A stretch of DNA of 64,000 nt from Gnetum montanum (lineage: Eukaryota; Plantae; Gnetophyta): the NCBI GenBank assembly GCA_015680685.1, contig MNCI01003186.1, positions 833,570 to 897,569 of the forward strand, written 5' to 3'. Shown one piece after another: positions 1 to 12,050 of the stretch. The position numbers and the translations under genes are program-made. Under the pieces are notes generated by a model. The model saw only the letters and a list, made by a program, of their open reading frames with translations. It searched no databases and was not told the DNA's origin. Every line of letters starts with the position of its first letter. The first letter of the stretch is position 1.

Positions 1-618
1 ATGAATATTGCAAGTTCAGCAGTCTGGGCAGGGTGAAGTTATTTCCCCTGTAAAATTTAAGAATATATTTCTCTGTAAGCAAAATGTTTTTCTCTGAAAG
101 GAAAAAGTGAAATGCTGCAAAATGAAGGAGGTGCTCTGTATTATTGTGAGAGACCATGGTAGTATAGCAACTCATTATCCCACAGGACAATTTCAGACAA
201 TGTACTCTGCAAAAATAAACATTCATGTAGAAAGGCAGAAATAGGTTCCCCTAGCACTTTACCACTGGAATCCCCATTCTTTGTGACCATTGCTGTTCCA
301 AAAAATATATAAGAAAATAAAATCAAAAAATCTGCAATGACAAGAAACTAGAGAAGGCCTCCAAAACGGCACTGTACAAAAACATAGAAACAGAAAATGA
401 AATGTTCACACAACAACAAAAATAGAGCCAAAAGATGATAGCATTTTTATCATCTAGCATCATACGAATATTTTTCTGAAGTGTGCTGGGAAATAGGCCA
501 ATGGTTAGTGGTATGTGGCATCGTCAGTGCAAGAAAAACATTACTAAATTCGCAGACATTCCATCAAACACTTGCTGCACAAACTTCATTTCTCCTACAC
601 ACCAATCGCTTCGGAATC

Positions 619-788
619 ATGGATAGCCAAATGGCATCGCAGCGGCAACAGCCTCAGCCTACGTTGATGAGGGTGCCGTGGCGCAGAAAGGCATGGAGGA
701 CAGCGTGCTCGTGGACTGGAAGGGCTACACTTGCAACCCCCAAAAACACGGCGGTTTGCAGGCGTCAGAGATAATGGCGATAGCGGCA
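619..788 (+). pseudogene. NPF4: NRT1/PTR FAMILY (NPF4-type) transporter N-terminal gene fragment, internally deleted and 3'-truncated
   Basis: Frame from 693 reads MEDSVLVDWKGYTCNPQKHG-GLQASEIMAIAA. This matches the NPF4 pattern VDWRGRPxNPxKHGG(MRAALFVL)GLQAFEIMAIAA(VGNNL). The MRAALFVL segment is missing and similarity stops after AIAA. Confidence 0.7.
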
Positions 789-1956
789 CATCGAACTGTG
801 TGTAGGTGCTCTATTTCTACAACCGAGAGAGACGACAAACCAAAGCTTGGCATTTTTCTTCTTCTTTCCTTGGCCTACAGAAATCATGGCGGTCGTTCAG
901 GTTTTCTTGTTGCTATGCGCGTTTCTGAAACAGAGGAGGATCTGGTAATTCGAAAAGTTACGAATTCGTTGGAGAACAACGCAGAGCGGCACCAGCAAGA
1001 CACGTGGTCGCGGCGGTCAGAAGGAGGCGGCCGCGGCATGAGCACAACGTTGTCTATATCTGCGCTACGGTGCTGTGAGGGTTTCAACAGATAAATCTGC
1101 ACAACGTCGATCATTCTTGACCGATGGCGATCCTCTTCCTGCACCGACGTTGCACCTACAATCCCTAATCTGTATAAAAATAATAATAATAATTAGAACA
1201 GAAATCCATCATCCAAGAACAAGGAACTCCATTCTGGGCAGCTTCAAAATCACGGTAGTCTACATTTGGGGAATAACGCTCCAAGGTTTTTGGTAAGAGG
1301 CAGCAACGATAAAATCATTTTCATTTGCAATCGGAGACGCTATGGCGGTAAAGAAAATATTACACTTTTTGGTGGTACCAAACCTTTGAAGAATGTAATT
1401 GGGTATGAAATTCAAGTCCAGCACTATGAAGCCTTGGATGCCGATTCATTGCTTGTATTTGTCAAAGTCATTGCCAAAACATATTCATTACGTATATAGT
1501 TTTATTTAAAAAGAATTCATAGGATAGTTATATGAACACACCATTTGGCTACCATAGCTTTTATTTCTATAGTTATAATTTTATGTGAAAGTTGTAACTT
1601 CCTAGCCTTAATCCATGATGTTTGTAACCACCAAGGCCACTTGTCAGTTGCAACCTTTTTATCTCTTTGGTGGTTGAAACCACCCAATATTGTTGTAACT
1701 TACCTAACTTGTTGGGCAAGTAACCTCCTAACTTGTTGGGCAAGAAATTTTCTAATTGGTTACCAAGTTACTTGGGAGAAAAGTTAGGTGAGATATTTTT
1801 GAGATATTTTTGAAATTGTAACTACAAGGGCCACTTGTCAACTGCAAAGGCCACTTGTCAACTAAACGGGACACGTGTCAATTGCAACTTATTTGTCTCC
1901 ATGGTGAGCACTTGGCAACTAGATGAAGACACTTGGCAACTACTTGAAGACACTTG

Positions 1957-2745
1957 NNNNNNNNNNNNNNNNNNNNNNNNNNNNNNNNNNNNNNNNNNNN
2001 NNNNNNNNNNNNNNNNNNNNNNNNNNNNNNNNNNNNNNNNNNNNNNNNNNNNNNNNNNNNNNNNNNNNNNNNNNNNNNNNNNNNNNNNNNNNNNNNNNNN
2101 NNNNNNNNNNNNNNNNNNNNNNNNNNNNNNNNNNNNNNNNNNNNNNNNNNNNNNNNNNNNNNNNNNNNNNNNNNNNNNNNNNNNNNNNNNNNNNNNNNNN
2201 NNNNNNNNNNNNNNNNNNNNNNNNNNNNNNNNNNNNNNNNNNNNNNNNNNNNNNNNNNNNNNNNNNNNNNNNNNNNNNNNNNNNNNNNNNNNNNNNNNNN
2301 NNNNNNNNNNNNNNNNNNNNNNNNNNNNNNNNNNNNNNNNNNNNNNNNNNNNNNNNNNNNNNNNNNNNNNNNNNNNNNNNNNNNNNNNNNNNNNNNNNNN
2401 NNNNNNNNNNNNNNNNNNNNNNNNNNNNNNNNNNNNNNNNNNNNNNNNNNNNNNNNNNNNNNNNNNNNNNNNNNNNNNNNNNNNNNNNNNNNNNNNNNNN
2501 NNNNNNNNNNNNNNNNNNNNNNNNNNNNNNNNNNNNNNNNNNNNNNNNNNNNNNNNNNNNNNNNNNNNNNNNNNNNNNNNNNNNNNNNNNNNNNNNNNNN
2601 NNNNNNNNNNNNNNNNNNNNNNNNNNNNNNNNNNNNNNNNNNNNNNNNNNNNNNNNNNNNNNNNNNNNNNNNNNNNNNNNNNNNNNNNNNNNNNNNNNNN
2701 NNNNNNNNNNNNNNNNNNNNNNNNNNNNNNNNNNNNNNNNNNNNN
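1957..2745. other. Assembly gap (N run)
   Basis: Continuous n characters. Confidence 0.99.
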
Positions 2746-4104
2746 TCTCTGGAGAAAATTAGGAGTAGATTTGCGGAGTTGTGCTCAAATGTTTATGTAA
2801 AATTTTATTTGTTACAAGCAGGTATTATAAGGACCGCGTAGACTAGGTAGTTGAAAAAAATAGGAAACTTTCAATAACTCACAGTACTGGACAAAGTTGG
2901 CTGAATCTCTTTAAAGTAAAGTCATTTGTAGTTCACACACAACGAAATTGTCACATTTCATACAACCGCATACCGCAACAGTACACACACATACTCACAT
3001 TAACTACCGAGTTATTTGGAGGTATCTGGGCCTTGGTGTAGCCAGAGACCAGTAGGCACCTAAATCCTATTCGAGGACACTCGTTGGCGGTCGCATCCCA
3101 AACGGTCGCCAACAGTTCTTTTGGCACTAGAAGGAGGGCTGAAAATTAAGCCTTTAGGTTCATAAGCCTTATACTTTTAGTACATCAAGAATTATTTGTA
3201 AGGCTTAAGAATTAGATACTATTTTCAGTTCATGACCAAGAAATTTCATAGATTGGAAAGTTTAAAAGTTTCAAAGGATATTCTAGATTCTAAGACTGAT
3301 TCTTCATCAGAAGAAGAAAGGAAATTTTCTGAATTGGGAACAAGTAGTGGAGTGAAAACTAGAAGATCAAGAAGATCACCCATTATCTCTGGTTTGTCAA
3401 TTCGTAAGGGAAGATCTAGAAAGTCTAAGAGTTCATTCTTCATCTAATGACGTATCTTCTTCAGAACTTGATAGAGAAGAATTATCACTAGATCCATTGC
3501 TAGAAGATTTGCTCGCATAGTGAACACTAGATAACTCATTATCAGATTCAATATCAAGAAAGTTGGACATAATAAGATCATTTTCATCCTCATCTTCTAC
3601 TAACTTAGTGTCTTGATGTTTATGCTTTCTATTTTTCATTTCTNTTTTTTTGAAACTTAATGTTGAAATCTCTAATTGACTCTTTAACTCCTTGCTTAGC
3701 TTGTACCAACCCACAGTATAGTTGTTGTTGATCTAATTGATTACCAAACTGGACTAAGAAAAGATTCTTCATGTCATCCTAACTTGTAATACTATTGGTT
3801 GGTAAGTTCGAATACCAAATATGAGCCATATCCTTTAGATTTGATACAAACAACCTACAAGCTTGATCTTCATGTTGAATATTTGCATGAGCTAAAGCTA
3901 ACTCAAACATGTGAATATATTCTTTAGCTAAATAAGCTTTTCCAGGAATGAAAGGCTTAGGCAAGTATTTGTAAACTACCTTAGGAATAGCATTGTAATT
4001 CTGAAATCCTAATGGTGTAACTCTTTGCCAAGGATTTGCCATCCTATTCCTTTGAAATGTTGAACTCTTAGACTTTCTAGATCTTCTCTTACGAATTGAC
4101 AAAC
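2746..4104 (+). mobile_element. Ty3/gypsy (probably Tat-like) remnant: LTR 3' end, PBS, leader and inverted gag fragment
   Basis: ...CCAACA end at 3114 is followed by PBS-like TGGCACTAGAAGGAGGG (3122-3138), then a Ser/Arg-rich ORF 3232-3447, then gag homology on the opposite strand. Confidence 0.6.
3779..4042 (-). pseudogene. gag: Retrotransposon gag N-terminal fragment (inverted relative to its leader)
   Basis: MANPW...HEDQACRLFVSNLKDMAHIWYSNLPTNSITS* matches the retrotrans_gag pattern D.ACRLF..L...A..WY..LP..SI.SW. Confidence 0.75.
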
Positions 4105-4449
4105 AAATGAAAAGAAAATCTATATAAGAACTCAAAAATATAAAAATACAAAATCTATATAAAAAATTTTTAGTGAAAGACAATGAAATTTTTGATGAGT
4201 GGAAAACTTATTTCAAAAATTATTAAATAAGAAATTTGTAAAAGAAGATATCTAAGAAAAACCAAATTTTGCAATGGTCAATGAACTTGCCTTCTTTATG
4301 ATGAAGACAAGCTTAACTAAATTAAAAAGTGGCAAAGCTACCAAATCAAATACCATTTCTAGAAAAGCTTAGAAAGTAATAGGACATACATAACTCTTAT
4401 GGCTAATAAAATTTTGAAGAATGGAGAAATTACTGAAAATTGAATTATC

Positions 4450-4815
4450 TTCTACAAAGATAAAGAACATGTTTAAAATTATGCAAACTATAAAGAAGTT
4501 TACATTTATGAGCCATACTATGAAGTTTTGGAAGAGAGTTATTGAGCAACACCTCACATTTGAATCAACAATATCATAAAACCAATTTGGATTCATATCA
4601 AGAAAATTAACTATAAAGTTCATATATTTAAATAACAATTAGCTGAGAAGTTCATAAAACATAGAGGAAATCTATGTATGATTTTTATTAACTTCAAATA
4701 GGCATATGATAAAGTTCCCAAAGATGTTATCAAGTGGGCCTTACTAAGACAAAGGATCCGTGATAAATATATCAAAGTACTTCAATATATATACAAAGGA
4801 ACTATTATCGAATTT
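4450..4815 (+). mobile_element. RTE-clade LINE reverse transcriptase fragment (degenerate)
   Basis: MSHTMKFWKRVIEQ...NQFGF...LCMIFINF.AYDKVPKDVIKWAL...KYIKVLQ, with stops and frameshifts. Confidence 0.8.
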
Positions 4816-5569
4816 TAATAACTTGAGAGAAAAAAAATTAATTTCCTAATCACAATGGTAAAGTAGAGCTCACCTTGGCCCCAATGGTTGTCCAAATTTC
4901 CTTTCCATAGAAATCTGCAAATGCAAAGCAATAGTACACGATGTAAGCCTAAAACCTAAATCCTAATACTGGTAGCTTTTTGATGACAAATTTACAATTT
5001 TCTTTTGAACAAATCTAATATGTGATATATTAATAATACATGAAGCTAGTAATACCATTGATGTCTCGTTTGGTACCACAGAGACTACAAGATACATATA
5101 AAGTTGACTCTGCAGAAAGAAGCATGCCGCAGAACATGAAATCCACCACATTAACCTTTGTGAACGACATGTTTTCAATATTGAATGTTGTGCTGCAAAA
5201 TCAGAATCACAATCAGCAACTACTTCTGTGAAATTTCTCTACTCAAGCCTTACACGAAGAACTGCCCAATATCTTGCTCCCTTCTATCAATACTGTGCAG
5301 AACCTATGGTTTTTCCTGTCTGTGACTGTTTGCTGTGTTTGCAATTCTGGCCGATTACCGAAATAGGACACTGTGATAAAAAAAGAACTTAAATGGTAAG
5401 GGGTGTTGAACCTAAAATAATTTCATTTGTGAATTCTAATTTGACTAGGAAAGGTTTAATGGTTTTTGGGATGTTTTTTTAAGTAAAATCTTCTTATTGG
5501 GTAGGAAATAATTGGATTGCACCTACAATACCAAAATATATAGCTAATAAGATAAGCATATAACAATGC

Positions 5570-5960
5570 TTAAAATGTAGAGGTTATTGGAACTCAAAAT
5601 AATTGAAACATAGGTATACCCTAAAATATATAATCCACATACATAGAATTTTATAACTTAATATTGTCCACCAAAATTGAACCCATGACTAAAAGTTTCC
5701 AAATCAAGAGTTTTACCTACAATACTTGAAGTTTGGGATAGTTGGACCCAAAATAAATGAAACATAAGTACACCCCAAACTATATAGTGTAATAACAATA
5801 CTTGAAGTGTCGGGTGTTGGAACCCAAAATAAGTGAAGCATAGGTACACCACAAAATAAAAAGTTTAATATAAACTTTATATAACTCAAACATGATCCAT
5901 TGGATTTAATTCTATAACCTGGAATTGTCAAATCAAGTGCCTTACCACTAGGCTAACACC
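5570..5960 (-). mobile_element. Cluster of degenerate tRNA-derived SINE copies
   Basis: Repeated body motif GTGTTGGAACCCAAAATAA...AACATAGGTACACC (about 5585, 5740, 5813). Minus-strand head at 5894-5960 has A-box TAGCCTAGTGG. Homologous to 7770-7930. Confidence 0.5.
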
Positions 5961-7237
5961 TATTATCAATCTCTTATATAGCAATATAATAAGTGAGTGG
6001 TTTGGATAGTCAAATGTATATAATAGTCAATATCTCAACAATGCTAGTTTCATTGTGGTTAAAGCGTTACTATCTATTGGGAATAATTTTGTAAAGCTAT
6101 CGAGGTATGTGTAATTTGTTGGGGAAGGAATGTAACTTGCATTGTACTAGTTATAGATTTCTTATAGGTTATCATCTATGTTTACAACCTTTGCATCTAA
6201 ATGAACTTCAAAATGAGGCCTATTTCACTAACTATGTCTATAGGAAATGCCTTGGTGGTTCAGAAAGGATACAAATAAAAATTATCAAAACCAAAATAAG
6301 TTGACTATCTAAATTTTCTCTAGCATATCTGATGTTTTTTCAATGAAGGTGGAGCAAGTGGAAGGGGTGAAGAAATCTCACAACCCAAAAGAACTAAAGC
6401 CGAAGATATATAACTAACATAAGGTTTTAGAAGAATTATAGAAGGATATAAGGATGCCATAAATATAACTTGAACTGGAAACCTCCTACCTTACAAGATA
6501 ATGAGTTAAACACTTGGGTGTCAAACCCCAATATATATATATATAAATATATAATAAAAAGTTGGAAGACAAAAGCAAAGGAGTACTAAAAATAGAAAAA
6601 ACACCAAATATACAAAAGAAAAAGCCTAACATTTTTGGGGATGTCTTTTTAAGTTTCCATCCTTAACACCAATCTTGAAAAAGTTCGCCTAAGAGGTAAG
6701 AAATTATACATTCCATGAAAAGATTAACATTAGGTGAAGGGGGAGAAGGTCCCCAACTTGTCAATAAAATCAACATTATCAAAATATATTATCTTCATTT
6801 CTTAACCAATAGTTGCAAACGAATTATTAGGAGTTAAAATATTTTGAACATGTTATCCATTTTGAAGATTTGAGATGCAATCGCCAATAAATAGACTTTT
6901 TCAATGTTTTTTTTTTAATTATGAAGAACCATTTGGAAACCATTTGAATCAACAAGAAGTTTCTATGAGACTTTAGGAACAAATATTCGTTTCTCCTTAC
7001 TCATTAAAGAATTCTTTGTAATTGATTTAACTAGAATCTTTCTCAAAGCTACATTTTTTTTAACAATAGTAAAAGAAAAGGGTGGGCGAATTGTTGAAGC
7101 ATTAGTAACAGAAATTGTTACCTATATCATTTGTAGTAAAAACCTCTATAGCATCTACAACATTTGTAGAAGAGATTTTCTTAGTGTTTGTAGTAGCTTG
7201 GTGTTAACCTACTTGCATAGCCTTTTTTTGAATCAAA

Positions 7238-7485
7238 AAATCAATTTGGATTCATGTTTGGAAGATATACTATGGATGCTATTTTCTTACTATGAAAATT
7301 AATGGAGAAAATTAAAAAAATTTAAAGAAAATCCACATATGATCTTCATTGACTTAGAAGAATCATATGAAAGAGCACTTAGAGATATTGTTTAATGGGC
7401 CTTGCAAAGGAAATACATCACTGATAAATATATTAAAGAGATTTTAGATATGTATGAAGGAGCTACTACTAAAATTAGAATAACG
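7238..7485 (+). mobile_element. RTE-clade LINE RT fragment
   Basis: NQFGFMFGRYTMDAIFLL...HMIFIDLEESYE...WALQRK...DKYIKEILDMYEGATTKIR. Confidence 0.8.
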
Positions 7486-7769
7486 TATGAAATTACACTC
7501 TCTTAACCAAGCAATAAGTGAAAGTGACAAAAATGTCACAAATATTAAGTTTGATGCAGAGAAATAAACCTTGCAACCCTATCCTTTTATAAACACTCAT
7601 ACATGTTACTTGTCTATTAGAATCCATAGGTTAGCCTAGCCTTCCACCTATGCTTACAACCTACAAGTTTAACTATCCTAGGATAGTTTATACTCATATA
7701 GACAATATACTTATTGACCTACCTAATGACTCTATGTGTAGGTACAAGTAGAATTTTGTTTGAAAATCA

Positions 7770-7930
7770 TCTAGTATGTGGTGTTGGAACCTTAAAATAA
7801 TTGTAATATAGGTACACCTCAAGATATATAGTCCAAAGGGAATTTTATTGCTAAGCATTGCCCACTAGAATCGAACCCATGACTTGGAGCTTTCAAATCA
7901 ACAGTCTTACTATTGGGCTAATAGCTCATT
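7770..7930 (-). mobile_element. tRNA-derived SINE-like element
   Basis: Minus strand TAGCCCAATAG (A box) ... GGTTCGATTCT (B box) at tRNA-like spacing, followed by the body shared with 5570-5860. Confidence 0.55.
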
Positions 7931-8849
7931 GTTAGTATCAAAATTTGAAAAGAAGAATAATAATTTTTAAATAACCATCATTAATATAATTAATCACGCA
8001 TGGTATAACTAGCTATATATAAAATGCATACATTTATGTCTACCATGCAAAATGAACAATAGAAAAAATAAACTCTAGTATACTGTAAAAAAAGATACAA
8101 AAGAAAAGAAATTAAAGAAAAAATAAAGTAAACATAGTAATAAGCAACCTCAACATTTTAATATATTAACCTTTTGAGCTTAAAATTTCAATATATTATA
8201 GGAGGGAATTTATTATTGAATATCAATGGCCTCAAGCATTAGCCTTAGGGAAGGCTAGTTGGGCATAATGTATGTCTTAATTCAAGAGATTTTTATATGC
8301 CTATGAGTGCCATCACTAATTACAAGTTCAAAATGGTATTGCATACTATCATGTGTGTAGTGCAAGGTGCTCCTAGGGAGAGCACTCTCACAAGCACTAC
8401 ATGAGGTACTCTCTACAAAGTGCTATTGCCAATGTAGATATGTGAGGTTCTCCCATGGAGAGCACCATGCAGTGCTCCTAGGGAGAAAGCTACCTCTCCC
8501 CATATATGCTGATTGGGCCAATTTCAGCCAAATCATCCTACACTTTTATAAATTTGATTTTTTGGGAGGGCTCTCTTAGGGAGAATGCCCTCATGGAGGG
8601 TGCTCTTAGGAAGGACACCATTAGAGAGAAATCTCCCAAGGAGGTTCCTATCAAGGAGAATGCTCTCAAGGATGGTTCTTATGGAGGTCCCTATTCAAGA
8701 GAACTCTCTCAATGAGGGCTCTCTCAAGGAGAATTCTCTCAGATGCATAGTGCAAGGATCTCTTAGGGATGATTCTCCTAGAGAGAACATTGTCACGTGT
8801 GTAGTGTGAGGCACTCCTAGTAGGAGTGCTCTGTCAAGCACTCCATGAG

Positions 8850-11800
8850 GCTCTCTCTCAAGAGTCCCTTTCCTAAGAATGCCCTCCCTAAGAACTCCCT
8901 TCCTAAGAGCAATCTCCTTGAGGATTCCCTCCTTGAGAGCATCCTCCTTAAGAGCATTCTCCTTGAGAGAACCTTCTCTGAGAGTACCCTCCCCAAGAGC
9001 ATTCTCCTTGAGAGTGCCCTCTATTAGACTAGCCTTCTAGAGAGCATTCTCCTTTAGAGTGCCCTCACCAAGACCATTCTCCCTAGAGCACCCTCATTAA
9101 GAGCATTCTCTCAGAGTGTGCCCTCGCTAAGAGAACCCCTTTGAGAGCATTCTCCCTGAGAGCACCCTTCTTTAGAGTGGCCTTCCCAAGAGCATTCTCC
9201 TTGAGAGCATCCTCTATGAGAGCACCTTATGCTACACATGTGAGAGTGTTCTCTTCGAGAGTGCCCTCATTAAGGGAATTCTCTTAGAGAGTGCCCTTCA
9301 TAAGAGTGACCTCCATAAGAATGCCCTCCCTAAGAGTAGTCTTCCTAAGGATTCCCTCTTCAAGAGCATCCTCCTTAAGAGGGTTCTTCATGAGAGTGCC
9401 CTTTGTGAGAGCACCCTTCGTTAGAGTGGCCTTTTAGAGAGTGTTCTCCTTGAGAGTCCCATGCTTAAGATCACCTTGTGCTATGCACGTGAGAGTGTTC
9501 TCCTTGAGAGTGCCCTTGTTGAGAGCATCCTTTCAAAGGGTTCCCTCCCAGAGAGTGCTCTTCCTGAGAGTTACATCCCTTAGAGAATTCTCCCCAAGAG
9601 TACCTTATGCTATGCACATGATAGTGTTCTCCTCAAGAGCAACCTTTTTGAGAGAATTCTCTCAAAGAGTGCCCTCCTTGAGAGTGGTCCCCCTAAGGAC
9701 ACCCTCCTCAAGAATGTCCTCCTTAAGAGTGTTCTCTATGAGAGTTCCCTCCCTGAGAGCATTCTCCTTGAGAGCACCCTCTATTAGAGTCACCTTACAA
9801 AGAGTGTTCTACTTCAAAGCACCCTCTCCAAGAGTGCCTTGCACTACATACATGAGATTATTCTCCTTGAGAAAACCCTCATTGAGAGTGCCCTCTCAGA
9901 GGGCACCCTCTTGAAGAGCACTCTTCCTGAGAGTGACCTTCCTCAAAGCATTCTCCCAGAGAGCACCTTACACTACGTATGTGAGAGTGTTCTCCTTAAG
10001 AGTGCCCTCATTGAGAGCATTCTCTTAGAGAGTAATCTTCCTGAGGATGCCCTCCTCAAGAGTATCCTCCTTAAGAGCATTCTCCATGAGAGTGCCCTCC
10101 ATGAGAGCATCCTCTGTTAGAGTGGCCTTCTGAAGAGCATTATTCTTGAGAGTTCCATGCCTAAGAGCACCTTTTGCTACACACATGAGAGTGTTCTACT
10201 CAAGAGTGCCTTTGTTGAGAGCGTCCTCTCAAAGTGTATCCTTCCAAACAGCACTCTGCCTGAGAGTGTCCTCCTAGAGAGCACTCTCCCTAAGAGTGAC
10301 CTCTCGTAGAGTGTTCTCCCTAGGAGCACCTTGTGCTATGCACGTGAGTGTTCTCTTAGAGAGTGCCCTTCCTAAGAGTTTCCTCCTAGAGAACATCCTC
10401 CCTAAGAGCAGTCTCCCTAAGGATGCCCTGCTTAAGAGTGTTCTCCATGAGAGAGCCCTTACTGAGAGTGTTCTTCTTAAGAGCACCCTCCATTAGAGTA
10501 GCCTTATGGAGAGTGTTCTTCTTGAGAGCATTCTCCCTGAGAGTGCCTTTCACTACACACATGAGAGTGTTCTTCTCAAGCGCACCATTGTTGAGAGTGC
10601 CATCTCGAAGGGCACCCTCCTAGAGAGTTCTCTACCTAAGAGTGACCTCCTTGATAGCATTCTTCCTAAGAGTGCCTCACTCTACACACATTAGAGAATT
10701 CTCCTCGAGAGCACCCTTGTTGAGAGTCTTCTCTCAAAGAGCACCCTCCTTGAGATTGTTCTCTCTAAGAGTGGTCTCCTTGAGGACACCGTCCTTGAGA
10801 CCACCCTCCTTGAGAGCATTCTCCTTGAGAGCACCCTCCATTAGAATGGCCTCCCTTAGAACATTCTCCCTGAGAGCACCTTGCGCTACACATGTTAGAG
10901 TGTTCTCCTTGAGAGCACCCTCATTGGGAGTGTTCTCTTGAAGAGCACCCTCCCTAAGAGTGGTCTTCTTGAGGATGCCCTCCCTGAGACCACCCTCCCA
11001 AAGAGCATTCTCCCTAAGAGCACCCATCGTTAATGTGGCCTCCCTAAGAGTATTCTCTTGGAGAGCACCCTCCATTAGAGTAGCCTCCCTAAGAGAGTTC
11101 TCCTTGAGAGAACCTTGTGGTATGCATGTGAGAGTGTTCTCCTCAAGAACACCCTCATTGAGAGAGTTTTCTCATAGAGTGCCCTTTATTAGAGCTCCCT
11201 TCTTGAGAGCATTCTCCCTGAGAGTGCCCTCTATTAGAGTGGCATTCCTAAGAGTCTTCTCCTTGAGAGTACCCTCCCTTAGATCAATCTCCATGAAAAT
11301 GCCTTGCACTATACACATGAGAGTATTCTCCTTGAGAGTGTGCTCATTTTAGAATGTTCTCTTGAAGAGTGCCCTCCTTAAGAGCATTTTCCGAGAGGGC
11401 ACACTCTATTAGAGCAGCCTCCCTGAGATCATTCTCCTTGTGAGTGCCCTCCATGGGAGCATTCTTCCTAAGAGTGCCTTACGCTATGCACTTGAGAGTG
11501 TTCTCCTAGAGAACACCCTCATTGAAATCATTCTCTCAAAGAGCACCCTCAATGAGAGTGGCCTCCCTGAGAACAACCTCACTAAGGATGCCCTCTTGGG
11601 GAGCATCCTCCTTAAGAGTGCCTTGCCCAAGATTTTTCTCCATGAGAGAACCCTCCATTAGAGTAGCCTCCTTAAGAGAATTTTCCTTGAGATCACCCTC
11701 TGTGATAGCACCTTGTGCTATGCCCATGAGAGTGCTCTCCTCGAGAGTGCCCTCATTAAGAGCATTCTTTTGGAGAGTTCCCTCTGTTAGAGTGGTCTTT

Positions 11801-12050
11801 CTAAGAGGATTCTTGATAAGTGCACCATCCCTAAGAGTGTCTTGTGCTATGCACGTGAGAGTGTTCTCCTAGAGAGTATCCTCATTAGGAGCATTCTCAT
11901 GGAGAACGCCCTCCCCAAGAGCATTCTCACTGAGGGCACCCTTCACAAGGGCATTCTCCTTGAGGGGGCCCTCTTTGAGAGAATTTTCCTTGAGGGAACC
12001 CTTACTTGGTGCTCTCCCTCTCAGAGTGCTCTTCTTGCGAATGCCATCTT
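8850..12050 (+). repeat. IGS 15/20-bp GAGAG-type tandem array
   Basis: Monomers GAGAGCATTCTCCCT / GAGAGTGCCCTCCTT, punctuated by CCTTGYGCTAYRCAYRTGAGAGTG. Produces the 5-aa periodic spurious ORFs. Confidence 0.9.

Larger units (their letters stand above)
6405..8340 (+). repeat. ~1.9-kb direct duplication, copy 1
   Basis: Colinear with 61480-63369 from GATATATAAC.AACATAAGG to ACAAGTTCAAAATGGTATT. Confidence 0.95.

Noticed and set aside
1630-1956. Short GGCCACTTGTCAACT / CACTTGGCAACT repeats beside the gap
   Set aside because: Too short and truncated by the gap to classify
1835-2841. ORFs of 279-321 aa
   Set aside because: Artefacts of the N gap
7860-7927. tRNA gene
   Set aside because: A/B boxes are present but there is no convincing cloverleaf, and it is attached to a repeated body; treated as a SINE head
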